A stretch of 62,328 bases of DNA, filler included, from Chrysochromulina tobinii (lineage: Eukaryota), in the NCBI GenBank assembly GCA_001275005.1. It is 5 parts of 5 records of this genome, joined end to end, with 100 filler letters (N's around TTAATTAATTAA, not from the genome) between each part and the next. Parts side by side here need not be neighbours in the genome. Positions count along the whole stretch, not along the records: positions 1 to 18,255 come from JWZX01001125.1; positions 18,356 to 24,692 come from JWZX01001126.1; 3 more parts are not named here. The stretch is one strand, 5' to 3'. Of the stretch, positions 12,952 to 23,700 are shown one piece after another. Both the position numbers and the translations under genes were made by a program. How positions within the stretch are numbered: position 1 is the stretch's first letter; each line of letters starts with the position of its first letter. The notes beneath the pieces are model-generated. The model did not search any database and was not told the origin of the DNA. It saw only the letters and a program-made list of their open reading frames with translations.

Positions 12952-14760
12952 ATGATGGTCGGGAGCGACGGCAGCCTATTTCCCACGACTGCGGCCGTGG
13001 CAGTTGCTGTCGCGCCGGCTGCGGCCGTGCCAGTCGCTGGCGCTCAGTCTACGGCCGTACCGTGTCTGCCGCTGCAGTCGCCGTCGCAGCCCGTGGTCAC
13101 TTCCACTTTGACGTCTGTCGCCTCCCGACCACAACGTGCCTCAGCCCTGCCACCCGGAAGCTGGTGCAACCTGACGTGGCAGGGTTACTCGGCCATCGCG
13201 GCCTACTCGCGGATCGGCCAGGCGAATGGGACGCAGCATCCGCCGCCGCTTGTGGACGCGCAGCCTGTGTACGTCAACGCCTACCCTGCTGCATCCATGT
13301 CGGCAGCGGCATCCAGCCAGCTGGGCACCAAGCAGCCGGCGGCCAAGGCGCAGCGCTTTCCGAAGCGCGTGCACAAGCAGCCCTCGCAGCCGCAGATGCC
13401 GTTTGTGCGCCCGACCATCTACTCGACCGAGAACCCCGCGCCAGATGTGAACGAGGCCCACCTCTCGATCACGCATGGCGACTGCGTCGAGGGCATGAAG
13501 CTGCTCGCAAACGCGTCCGTGGACCTGGTGATCGCGGACCCTCCGTACGATATCGGCGTGGGCAAGGCGGTGTGGGACACCGTGCCGCACTATATGCAGT
13601 GGTCGCGCACATGGCTTGCCGAGGCGGTGCGTGTGCTCAAGCCAGGCGGCGCCCTGATGCTCTACGGCTCGCCAGAGCGGCTGTGGATCTGCCATCTGAA
13701 GATCATGTGCGCGGACGAGTTTGGGCTCGAGTTCAAGCAGCACATCAGCTGGGTGTACAAGCAGGGCGGCGACTCGCGCATGAACAATATGGTCAAGTAC
13801 GCGGTGCGCATGGAGCATCTCGAATGGTTCGTCAAGCCGGGCGCCGGGCACACGTTCAACCTGGACGCGGGCACCGAGGCCTACTCGGAGGCGGAGTTCA
13901 AGGAGGCGCTCGCCAAGGGCGTCGGGCGGGTCACGGCCGAATCGCTCTCGCGCGGCAAGCCGCCCAAGAACTGGTGGGACATCCCGCGCGAGAACTCGCG
14001 CTCCAAGGAGCGCGAGTATGGTTCGCACCCCTCGATGAAGCCGCTGCGCATCTGCGACCGCATCGTTGGTATCCACTCGAACGTGGGAGACACCGTGCTC
14101 GTGCCCTTTGGCGGGAGCGGCTCCGAGTGCGTGGCCGTCGGCGCCGCTGGGCGCAAGCTCGTCGCGTACGAGCAGGAGGCCGAGTACCATCGGATCATTG
14201 TTCGCCGAATGAAGGGGTGGGGACTGCTCTCAGGGCCGCCCACGCCGCCGCCGCTCGAGCCGAGTGCTGCCGCGGCAGGCGAGACGAAGGAGAGCGAGGC
14301 GGAGGAGAGCGAGGAACTCCCGCGCGCGGCTAGGCTGCTGCCTCCGACGCTGCCGATACCGCCGCCGACGGGCGCGCTGGCCGTGGCTCTCCTGGCCATT
14401 GGAGGCGCGGCTGCGATTGGGCCGCCAGCGCCTCCAGTGTCGCCCGGCCCATCGGCCTTTCCGGCGCAGCCCTTGGCGCAGCCACCGTCGGCAGTACCGG
14501 CGCACTCGCTCGCGGCGGGGTCCATACTCGCCGCCCTAACAGCCACTCAGCCGCAGCCGTTACTTCTCTCCTCGCACAAACGGCCGAGGCCGGATGAACC
14601 GCTCGGGACAGCGCTTCGACTCGGGCTACCAGTCGTGATGGCGGGCGGCTTAGCTAGCCCCATGCATGTGGCCCTGCCGCTCGCGACACCGCTCGTGACG
14701 CTCGCGACACCCGGGCCACCCGCGCCCGGTGATCCCTCGGACCGCATGCATCTCTATTGA
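12952..14760 (+). CDS. Beta-class DNA N6-adenine/N4-cytosine methyltransferase (N6_N4_Mtase) with low-complexity extensions
   Basis: ITHGDCVEGMKLLANASVDLVIADPPY (DPPY at 13537-13548), VLKPGG, HPSMKP and GDTVLVPFGGSGS (SAM motif I, ~14090-14124). Motif IV precedes motif I, which is the beta permutation. Confidence 0.92.
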   Translation: MMVGSDGSLFPTTAAVAVAVAPAAAVPVAGAQSTAVPCLPLQSPSQPVVTSTLTSVASRPQRASALPPGSWCNLTWQGYSAIAAYSRIGQANGTQHPPPLVDAQPVYVNAYPAASMSAAASSQLGTKQPAAKAQRFPKRVHKQPSQPQMPFVRPTIYSTENPAPDVNEAHLSITHGDCVEGMKLLANASVDLVIADPPYDIGVGKAVWDTVPHYMQWSRTWLAEAVRVLKPGGALMLYGSPERLWICHLKIMCADEFGLEFKQHISWVYKQGGDSRMNNMVKYAVRMEHLEWFVKPGAGHTFNLDAGTEAYSEAEFKEALAKGVGRVTAESLSRGKPPKNWWDIPRENSRSKEREYGSHPSMKPLRICDRIVGIHSNVGDTVLVPFGGSGSECVAVGAAGRKLVAYEQEAEYHRIIVRRMKGWGLLSGPPTPPPLEPSAAAAGETKESEAEESEELPRAARLLPPTLPIPPPTGALAVALLAIGGAAAIGPPAPPVSPGPSAFPAQPLAQPPSAVPAHSLAAGSILAALTATQPQPLLLSSHKRPRPDEPLGTALRLGLPVVMAGGLASPMHVALPLATPLVTLATPGPPAPGDPSDRMHLY

Positions 14761-15496
14761 CGACCGCGCGCCCATGTCGCGTCTGCGCCTCGACGTCCCC
14801 GCGCTACGCGGCCCACGCGCGTGCGTCCCGGAGCCTGTCGCATGTCATTACGTACTTGCTACTTCGCTTTCGAGTTTCGTACAGGCACGGGTGTGCAGAT
14901 GTACATTTTCTACACATGAGAGATGAGACATTCACATCGTGAGTGGTGAGGGATTCACGCGGAGCACGAGAGAGCGTCAGCGTGCTGCGTGTGGCCTGCG
15001 GCGATCAGAACGATGTAGCTCTGACGAGATTTATACGCCGCCGGTCGACGAGGTCGAGGACCTTCGACCGTCGCGCGTCGGCGGCGCTTTGTTAAATTGA
15101 AATTGCGCGCAACGGCGCACGGGTAAAAATACCGAAATTGACGTTGATTGCGCTCATCGTAGAGGCCGCACGGCCAGTCTGGCCGTCCGATGAAGGACGG
15201 ACCGCCACACGCGGTGGGCGGCGGGACTCGGCGCACTGTGCACCGATCCACTCAGACAGTGCCCCGCAGTCATGACCAGAGGTCATGGCTGCGGGACAGA
15301 TAATGCCCACGAAGTCGTCGACGCATGGTAGATGCCCAAGTCGAAGTCGGTCTGCTTCGCCACCCTCTCGCCAGACTTTGGCTTCGCCGAACATCCTCAC
15401 ATGAGCATGCCATGGACCACGGGACTCTCGCACGCGTAGCTGCCATCGTCCCACCGAAGCCGCCACTCATCGCACGGGCTAATCCCTCGCACACTG

Positions 15497-15593
15497 GACC
15501 TCGAGCGAACGACAAACATCGACAGCTAGACCTCGAGCGAACGACCAACATCGACGGCTAGACCTCGGAGCGAACGACAAACATCGACGGCTA
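15497..15593 (+). repeat. Three tandem 32-33 bp repeats GACCTCG(G)AGCGAACGACAAACATCGACRGCTA
   Basis: Units start at 15497, 15529 and 15561 and differ at only a few positions. Confidence 0.9.
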
Positions 15594-16246
15594 AAGCGCC
15601 TGGACAAAGCACCGGCTGCACAGCGCGACAGGAACCAGCAACAGGAGAAGGACACACGACAGCAAAGAGGAAGACACAGCGTTCATAGAGATGGTTCGCA
15701 ACAACGGAAGCGGCACTAGACGGCATGGAAGCACAGATCGCGAGAGCGCACGTCCATACGACGGCTAGTCGACATCTAAGAGGACGGCTAGAGGAGAGCT
15801 AAGGCCGGCTAAGGGGTTGGTCAAAGTCTCTACGAGTAAGTCTCTGCGCGCGACGCGAACACGAGGAGTGGAACCACGCGTGAGAGAGCAGGGCGAGGGG
15901 TGAGAGGGCAGGGCGAGGGGTGAGAGAGCGGAGCGAGGCATCAGCAGCACCAGGGGCGGCTGACTCACAGCGACTAAAAGAGGGCGACGAAGAAGAGGAA
16001 GGTCCCGTGTCTTTGAGAAAGAGAAGCTTTGCGAGTAGCGAGCGAGTGCGTGATCTTGGTGGAAAAGCGGAGATGGTGGATGGGAGTAGCCGACAGAGAG
16101 CGAGAAAGCGTAGTGGTGGGCAGAGATGGTGGATGGGAGTAGCCGACAGAGCGAGAGAGCGCAGTGGGGGCGTCGAGATGTGTCGTGCATCGAGTGAAGC
16201 CTGTCGTGTTGTGCGTCGAGGGTTGTGCGCCATGTCGCGAGAGAGC

Positions 16247-16316
16247 CGTGGTGCAATGCCAGTGGTGCAATGCCAGTGGTGCAGTGCCAGTGGTGCAGTG
16301 CCGGTGCAGCAGTGCC
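16247..16316 (+). repeat. 14-bp tandem repeat GTGGTGCARTGCCA
   Basis: About 4-5 degenerate copies. Confidence 0.75.
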
Positions 16317-17256
16317 AGAGATACGGGCTGTGCTATGTGGCGAGGGGCGTGGCTGCACCACCTCGATCGCGGCGTTCGTGTTCCGTAGGTGAAGCTCCTC
16401 TCGTGGTCGTTCCTAATTCCTGGCCGCAGTGGACGAGGAGACGAAGGGCGCCACCCGGACACGCCAAGGCACAGGGGCGCAGAACGCGGCGCGGGCACGG
16501 GCGCGGCTGTGCGGGCAAAGATTGGGGCGTGGCATAGCGTGGCCGGTACCACTCGACGAAGAAATATGGACTCTGCTGCTCCTCTGGTCAATTCCTCTGG
16601 TCACCTGAGACCACACGTGTGGCGGAGGAGGCGGAGGGCGCGACCAGAAGCAGCAGCAGCAGCGGCGGCGGCAGCAGCACTGGCCGATGGCAGACGACTC
16701 AGAGACCAGGCGAAGCGAAGAAACAGGCGACGGCGGGCGCAGCGGGTCGGCTGAGGCGTGTGCTTGGGAGGAGGCGGGGATGGAGGCACTGTCCTTCACT
16801 GCGAGTTGCGTGGAAGAGAGACGAATGGTCTCGAGACATGATGGTCTTTGCAGGTACACCTGACGACGCTGATTGGTGGAGGCGCGGGCGGGGCAAACCG
16901 GCAAGAACGACGGAGGCGAGGCGAGGGAGGAGCGGAGAACGAGGCGAACAGGTCGCTGGCGAAGATGCAATCGAATGGGAGCCGCAATGGGGCGAGTGGA
17001 GATTGGGCGGCGAGAAGAGGCAGTCGGAAGCAGTCGGAGGCAGTCGGAGCGCCGGGCTGCGTATCGTCAGGGCGGCCTACGCCATCGAGAAAAGCAGACC
17101 CTGAGACTGCAGGTGGGCGCCTTTTGACATTTGCTGATTCGCCTCGATTCGTTTTTCGACGTTTCTGTTTCTACCGTCTTGTTCACAGTCGTCAGTCCAC
17201 GCGCCTGGCCGCCTGAGCGGTAAAGTGAGCGAAAATGGACGAAAAATAACCGTCAC

Positions 17257-17507
17257 TTGAAAATCATAAGCCATGGTGATCGCGGATGGGGCCCAAGACT
17301 TGGCTATAGCCTTTTCTCAGGGAGGTGCTTCTGGCCTTTTAACTTCCCAGAGCTGGACCCTTCGGGAAGGGCCATTTCTGCACCCTAAGTAGGGTATTCA
17401 GTTAAAATTCGCTCTGGGAAGTTATATTTTTGAGCAGATCTCAAAAAGTTAGGAAGCTTGCCAAGTTTTGAGTTCCTGAGTCCAAGGCAGTGGCTTATGA
17501 TTTTCAA
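17257..17507. mobile_element. AT-rich non-coding element with nested inverted repeats (MITE/foldback-like)
   Basis: Perfect 17-bp IR TTGAAAATCATAAGCCA (17257-17273 / 17491-17507) and inner perfect 14-bp IR TAACTTCCCAGAGC (17340-17353 / 17411-17424). No TSD identified. Confidence 0.55.
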
Positions 17508-17771
17508 ACAGGTGAGCAGGTGTAACAGTAGCCTTGACCTCGGGCGGATATGGCTCGACCGCAGTGAATACGCCATCACACGGTCGCCCATCACGGCGCC
17601 GGGCGTCGTTGTGAGCGCCTTTTGGCATGTCCGCCCTCGAGACCACGTGGGGTTAAGTCAGACGTATGTTCGACTCACTAGGGTCTCGGATAAGGCCTCA
17701 TTGATAATGAGGTGGTCGCCCATAACGGCGCTGCGAGACTTGCAATCGCTGCGAATTGCGAGCGTGAAAAC

Positions 17772-18255
17772 ATGAAGGGCGAGGCGCTGCTGCTCTTCGC
17801 CACCGCCGCCGTCACCGCCGCCCTTCCCACCTCCTCCGTCACCGCGCCCACCACCCTCGCCACCATCGCCCTAGCCCTCGTGCTACTGCTCACCGTGCTG
17901 CACGCTGTGAGCAACATTCTCTACACATCGTGGGAAGAAAGGGCCCAGTCAGAGCTTCATGGTGCAATTAGTGCTGCTGCGCATGCTCGCCAGCGTAGCA
18001 GCCCCCCGCCACGCCTCGGCACCGGTCGTCCCGACGCGGGCGATGCAGCGCGTCGTCGTCGGTCGAAAGCACTTGCGAAATTCTCCAAGCTGCGGACCGC
18101 CGAGACCCGGGCTGCCGCAATCCGGGCCGCCCACGATGCGCTCGCCGCCGACTGCGCCGCAGCGCTAATACAGCCTCAGCAGCAAGCGTGGCGGAGCTAT
18201 TTTCATCGCAGGGCAAAGTGGCGTATCGTCCTCTTCTTCTTCATCCACGTGCTGA
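17772..18255 (+). CDS. Hypothetical protein with hydrophobic N-terminus, truncated at contig end
   Basis: MKGEALLLFATAAVTAALP...LATIALALVLLLTVLHAV stays open until the gap. Confidence 0.35.
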
Positions 18256-18355
18256 NNNNNNNNNNNNNNNNNNNNNNNNNNNNNNNNNNNNNNNNNNNNT
18301 TAATTAATTAANNNNNNNNNNNNNNNNNNNNNNNNNNNNNNNNNNNNNNNNNNNN
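18256..18355. other. Assembly linker (44 N + TTAATTAATTAA + 44 N)
   Basis: All-frame-stop 12-mer centred in an exactly 100-bp N block; identical at all four gaps. Confidence 0.98.
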
Positions 18356-18939
18356 GGCGCCTTGCGCCGCGCGTTTCGTCTAGTTTCCATTTGTACGGAC
18401 GGAGGAAGCCAAAACCATGTCGGTCGGCGAGATGAACTGTCCGCGCCGGTGGCAGCGCCCGAACGCATCATTAAATTCTGCGGCGGCTCTGGCCGCATTT
18501 GACGTTCGACATCTGTTTGATCGGTCACGCCGGTCGCCTCTGGGGTCCTGTGGTTAGTTGGACTCCGCGGGAGGCGCTGCGGGGCCTCGCTACGGAGGAC
18601 CCGTGGTCTCCAGAGACCGCGGGAACACCGAGTCTGTGCAAGATCCAAGACCCAAGAAGAAGAAGCGTCACTTATAGCCAAGGAGGGGCGAGCTTTGCGT
18701 CGCACCTCGCGGCGGCATTGAGATATGGGACCACAGCAGGAAATTCCTGGGCGGTGGCGACACGTCGTCGTGATCCCAATGCAGTGGCAGCGGCGGCGGC
18801 GGCGACGGAAGCTACCTGTGCTCGACACCGCCGTCACGCGACGGTGTCGAGTGCGTCTTTGCGTTCCCCGAGGGGGGGCGCGCCATCGGGCGCGTCAGCC
18901 TGGTGGGGAGTGATCGAGCTGCTCCACAACTGCTGACGG

Positions 18940-19420
18940 CCCTTCGCTCTGTTCATGGCAGTTCAGACCACCGAGCCCTCTCTCCTCTCCTACGCCTTTG
19001 GGTGCGTCTCGATTGCATGCTGATAGCCTCTGAGCATCTGATGGCCTCTGATGGCCTCTCTAATTGAACCCCTCATCAGAATGACCACTGCCTCTATTGC
19101 GCCCCTCATCATCAGACGGACAATTCGGGCGAGGTCGACCTTAATGAGTTTCGTGCTGCGATGAACTTCAGTGTGGTCCGAGCAGGATAGTGGTCTGCTC
19201 CTCGCCTTACTGATTGCTTGTGATGGCCTCTGATGGCCTCTGATTGCTTGCCTCCCTCATCATCAGGCTGCTCTTCGCCTCACTGATTTGCCTCCCTCAT
19301 CATCAGAATACAGAAATGCTTTTTCGCTTCATTGACACCGACGGTAGCGGTGAGATTAGTTCCAAGGAGCTCAGCAAGCTGTTGCGGAATGGCGTTCCGA
19401 TGGAGGCGGATGAGGAGAAG
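18940..19420 (+). CDS. Spliced EF-hand protein fragment (exon structure partly resolved)
   Basis: Exonic TDNSGEVDLNEFRAAM (~19115-19165) and FRFIDTDGSGEISSKELSKLL (~19320-19385), separated by CTGAT-rich introns ending CCTCATCATCAG; donor GTGAGT at 19421. Confidence 0.55.
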
Positions 19421-20097
19421 GTGAGTGCCCTCTGATGTCCCTCTGAGTGCTATCTGAGTGCCCTCAGGGGAGTGCATTCTGATGACCTCTGATGGTCCCT
19501 GATTGCCTGCCTCATCATCTCAGGCGATTACCTGCGATGACCTCGGATGACCTCGGATGGCCTCTGATTGCTTGCCTCCTCATCCCAAGCCCTCGAACCT
19601 CTTCTTCGTCGCTGGTCAGAAGCCAGAGGTCGGGATCGCTTTCGCCGCCACACTCGCCACCGCCTCCCTCGCCGCCGCCCCCTGCGCCTTTACCGCTTCT
19701 CGCCGACTTCTCCCTCATCTCCGTCACAACCAAAGTCACCACCACCGCGCCCACGCCGCCGCCACCACCATCGCCGCCGCCGCCCTCGCTGCCACCGCCA
19801 CAGAGAGTATCTGCTATGTAATGTCGTGTATCATGCCTGCGTGAGGTCGTGGTCGGGCGTGGTGTCTTGGACAAATAAGTTTCATAATGGCCTGCGATAG
19901 GGCAGAGGGTGACTCCAATTGAGGGAGACCGACCGGTAAGGATTCCCCGCGGACGAGCCGAAGCCGCGACCTCGCAGGGCATCGTAGTGGTTGAAACATG
20001 AAAGCCCCAGGGGGAGTCGTCAGTCGAACGGACTGCCAGCCCGCAGCCGCGTGGTGCTTAGACCAAACAGGATCACTCGCACACTCAACTCACCCGT

Positions 20098-20547
20098 CTA
20101 CATGCCGTCTACACACTGGCCTCTTTCTTTTTTGTTCCTCTGAAAGCTCAAGGACGCCTCCTCCGCCGTCGCGAAGCTGCCGAAGAACGACACCTTGCCC
20201 TCCTCTCTGGTCCGTCCCCTCGAATGGTACTTGCCATTTTGCCTGCGCACACCCCTGTAGCCCGTCGCATTCGAAGAGGGCACCAACTCGAGCCCCTCGG
20301 CTGCCGCGGCAGCCCTGGCCTCGTCAGCTGTGAGCGCTGCCGCTGTCTTCTTACGCTTGGGCTTGCGCTTCGGACGCTCCGATGCCGCGCCCGCCGCCGC
20401 CGCCGCCGCCGCCGTGGAGGGCGTCACCTCCATGCCCTCCTCCCCGCCCGCAGCCCTCGCCGCCTCCTCATCCGTGCGCTGCCTCGCCGCACCCGCGCCC
20501 TCATCGGCTGCCCCGATCAGCTGCGACGCTCGCTCGGATGCCGCCAT
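20098..20547 (-). CDS. Small AP2/ERF-like DNA-binding domain protein (possibly truncated)
   Basis: AAAEGLELVPSSNATGYRGVRRQNGKY...FFGSFATAEEASL fits the AP2 pattern (GYRGV...LGxFxTAEEAA); preceded by the basic RPKRKPKRKK. Confidence 0.7.
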   Translation of the reverse strand: MAASERASQLIGAADEGAGAARQRTDEEAARAAGGEEGMEVTPSTAAAAAAAGAASERPKRKPKRKKTAAALTADEARAAAAAEGLELVPSSNATGYRGVRRQNGKYHSRGRTREEGKVSFFGSFATAEEASLSFQRNKKERGQCVDGM

Positions 20548-20701
20548 GCCGCATGCCCTCCGCCTCCGCGCTGGCAGGCGAGCGCCGCAGCTGCACGCGG
20601 GGCGGCAGGAGGCTAATCCGGAAGCTTCCAAATTTAGGAAATTAGGAAATCACTTCACAGGACACGAAACAGCGATCCACACATGTTCATGCTCGCACAA
20701 T

Positions 20702-22582
20702 CTACAGATACAACTGAAATCCACCGCCCTTCACCGCATCTTGCACCGCTGTTTTCCCTGCATCTCCCAAATCATTGCTTCCAAGGGAGATCATGGTCAG
20801 GACCGCGTTGACCTTCAGCGCCTCCGCGATCGCCTTGGCACCGTCAACGCCGATGTAGTTGGCGTCCAAGTCCAAGCGGGTCAAGACCGCGTTGACCTTC
20901 AACGCCTCCGCGATCGCCTTGGCACCCTCTGGTCCGATGTTGTTGTTGTACAGAACCAGGGTGGTCACCACCGCATTGACCTTCAGCGCCTCCGCGATCG
21001 CCTTGGCACCCACGTCCCCGATCTTGTTGTCCCAGAGCCAGAGCTTGGTCAGGACCGCGTTGACCTTCAGCGCCTCCGCGATCGCCTTGGCACCGTCCAC
21101 ACCGATGTTGTTGGCCCCGAGGCTCAGCTCGGTCAAGACCGCGTTGACCTTCAGCGCCTCCGCGATCGCCTTGGCACCCTCCCCGATGCTGTTGGCTGCG
21201 AGGTACAGGGTGGTCACCACCACCATGAACTGCAGGTCAGACGCGATCAGGATGGCGTCGGCGGGTTGTAGGCCCTCCTTCGTGAAGTCGGCCACCGTCT
21301 GGTCGCGCGTCATGCCCGAGAGCATGATTCCCTTCTCCGCGCCCATCTTGGTGAGCTTCTTGGCTGACTCAACGTCGAATCTGTTCTTGAGCAAGTTGCA
21401 GCTCTTGAGCACCGACGTGGCAGGAATGAGAGAAGCGACAAGCATGGCCGCAGGCAGATGGAGCCCCCTATTGGACAAGTTGAGCACCGTGACGCTGTCC
21501 TCGCGCAGTTGCTGCACCGGAATGCCGCAAATGACTCCTGAGCCCGCACAGGCAACGGCTGCGATCGTCAGCCTCAACGGTGGCTCTTCCTCCCCTGAGA
21601 TGCAGCTGTTGAGAGCATCCTTAGCTGTACCATGTAGCAAGGACGGGCGGCGCGTGTTGCCTGCCCCGTCCTCCTCATCCAGGTCCTCGTCATCGCCAGC
21701 CCCGTTTTGCAGATCCGAGGCCCAAACAGCGGCCACGTCCACCACATAGCCGTAGCCATGGAGGCGCGCCAGCCCAGGCAGCATCCGCCCCGCTACAGCC
21801 GCGTCCCCGGGCCGGCCAGCCTCGATGAGCTGCTCCACGTCAAGGTCGGTGATCTGATCCAGACGTGTGGGTACTGGCTGCCCGTCGCGGCGGCACAGGC
21901 GCGAGCAAAGGACACGTTGCGCCAGCGCCCGCCAAGATCGAGTCACGCCCTTGAGCTCCGCCAACGTGGCCACGTCCACCAGGCCCAGAGCAGCCTCCAT
22001 GGCGTCCGCCGAGAACGAGGGCTGCTGCAGCGGCTCGGGCGGTAACGTGGAGCTGGCCGGCTGCTGCGGCGCCTCCAGAACGTCTTCCGGTACAAATGCC
22101 GGCTCGGCGTTTGGCGGCGCGTGCTCCTCCGCGCTGCCAAAGTCACCACCCGCGCCGAGCAGCGCGCCTAGTTCAGGAGAGCGCTTGCCGTTGAGTCGGG
22201 AGGCGATCGCACGCTGGATGTGCTTGAGCGCGATGGGGGCGTCGAGATAGAGGGCGTCCTCGATGAGCTGGATGAGCTGGAAGAGCGAAGGCTCGTCAGA
22301 GCTCGGCCACGTGTAGTCTGGGTCGTTCAGCTTGCACACCATCTGAAGCGTCGAGGCCATGATCGTGGGCATGGGATAGATGCCATCCAAGGCAAGCTTG
22401 CGGCAGATGGTCATGGCTTCGCCAGCGAGGCTCAGGGGCAGGGGCAGGCCGAGGGCATCATGGGGAGGGCGCCCAGCACGGCGCCCACATGAAGACGTCG
22501 GGCCGAGTGGGCGGCCATCCTGGCCGCCGCTGGCAGCGGCTGAGTGGTGCCGTTGAACATGCCAGCAGCACCAGGCAGGCAA
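20702..22582 (-). CDS. Skp1-like + F-box-like + RI/NLRC3-type LRR protein (start uncertain)
   Basis: LFQLIQLIEDALYLD...IASRLNGKRSPELGALLG..DF resembles the Skp1 C-terminal region; VDVATLAELKGVTRSWRALA is F-box-like; about six 28-aa repeats NAVLTxLxLxxNxIGxxGAKAIAEALKV. Confidence 0.8.
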   Translation of the reverse strand: MPAWCCWHVQRHHSAAASGGQDGRPLGPTSSCGRRAGRPPHDALGLPLPLSLAGEAMTICRKLALDGIYPMPTIMASTLQMVCKLNDPDYTWPSSDEPSLFQLIQLIEDALYLDAPIALKHIQRAIASRLNGKRSPELGALLGAGGDFGSAEEHAPPNAEPAFVPEDVLEAPQQPASSTLPPEPLQQPSFSADAMEAALGLVDVATLAELKGVTRSWRALAQRVLCSRLCRRDGQPVPTRLDQITDLDVEQLIEAGRPGDAAVAGRMLPGLARLHGYGYVVDVAAVWASDLQNGAGDDEDLDEEDGAGNTRRPSLLHGTAKDALNSCISGEEEPPLRLTIAAVACAGSGVICGIPVQQLREDSVTVLNLSNRGLHLPAAMLVASLIPATSVLKSCNLLKNRFDVESAKKLTKMGAEKGIMLSGMTRDQTVADFTKEGLQPADAILIASDLQFMVVVTTLYLAANSIGEGAKAIAEALKVNAVLTELSLGANNIGVDGAKAIAEALKVNAVLTKLWLWDNKIGDVGAKAIAEALKVNAVVTTLVLYNNNIGPEGAKAIAEALKVNAVLTRLDLDANYIGVDGAKAIAEALKVNAVLTMISLGSNDLGDAGKTAVQDAVKGGGFQLYL

Positions 22583-22759
22583 GCGTGAGTGTAAAAGTTA
22601 GGAGTTTCGTTTTCACGCCCCGTTTCGCTTTCACAGCCCTGTCTGTCGACCGCATGGCGCCTCGCGACGGCCCTCAGGTCGACTTGGACAAAGCTGCTCG
22701 ATGCAGGCAGAGCTGCTCGCGAGCAGCACGCCCGCGTCGGCGGCTCTCGCGGCGGCGCT

Positions 22760-23700
22760 GTGAGCGAACCCGGCAGAGCTCAAACACGATTGGCATCTCG
22801 TGGGGCCGGAGCTGACGCGCGTGGAGTTTACAAAAACCTGGTCACGCGCCATCTGGGTCAGCACGCGGAGCTCTCGCAACGGCCGCAGAACGAGCTTCTC
22901 ACCGGCACGGCGGAGCTCTATGAGGAGGCGACGGTCCTGCAAGGCGACAAGACGCGCATCTCGTGGACTGCCTTCTCGTAGGCGCTGGTCGCGGCGACGC
23001 TCGCCGCCGGTCCGCCGCCGCGCCTCGCCTCGGACGCACGCCTGGTACGCTCGCGCGTCATCGTCGACGGCAGCAACTTAATCTCGAAAGACAATCCCAA
23101 GGCCGCCATGTTCAGCAAGAAGCGCTTCGCGGAGGGTGGACTCGTGATCTCGCCTGATCTCGCGATCCATTTCCTGCTGAAGCCCAAGCCGGTCTCGCGA
23201 TTCCTCGTGTGTGAGGAGAACGCCGACAGCCCCGACTACCGGCTATCGCTCTGGACGATGAGCGGCGGCGCCGGCGAGCAAATGAGCACCCGCCTACTTA
23301 GCTGTCTGAACGTGCTGCAAGAGCGTGGTCCGCTGCCGTCGAGCGTTGCGCTCGTGCCGACGCTACGCTACCCGACTCGTGAGACCTCTATCGGGGCCAT
23401 TACCACGGGTGATTGCACCGCTGATTGCATGCTGATTGCCATGGATTGTGATTGCTGACCACCAATTACCTCCGTCATCTTCCACTGATGGCCTCCCTCA
23501 TCAGGCCTGACGATTGTCATCGGCTCGTCCACACGCGCCCTCACTCTCGTCGTCCTCTCTGCGCCGCCCGGCGGCGGACGCAACACCAAGTTCTCGTGGA
23601 TGGCGACGGCTCGTGGATGGCGACGGCATGCTCGACGTGCTGCTTTGGAACTATGGTGGTCCCAGCCGTCTGCTGCCCAATCAGATGCTCTCAGCCTGGC
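22760..23700 (+). pseudogene. Disrupted spliced ORF of unknown function
   Basis: ORFs 22760-22981 and 23108-23458 share a frame separated only by TAG at 22979-22981. A CTGAT-type intron (~23409-23504) ends CCCTCATCAG. Confidence 0.4.

Noticed and set aside
13141..14190. 349-aa minus-strand ORF over the methyltransferase
   Set aside because: Antisense shadow caused by codon bias; no motifs.
15092..15466. CVDDF resembling a reverse transcriptase YxDD motif
   Set aside because: No other RT motifs or long ORF are present; one short match is insufficient.
15497..15593. CRISPR-like 32-bp repeats
   Set aside because: Head-to-tail with no spacers; this is a minisatellite.
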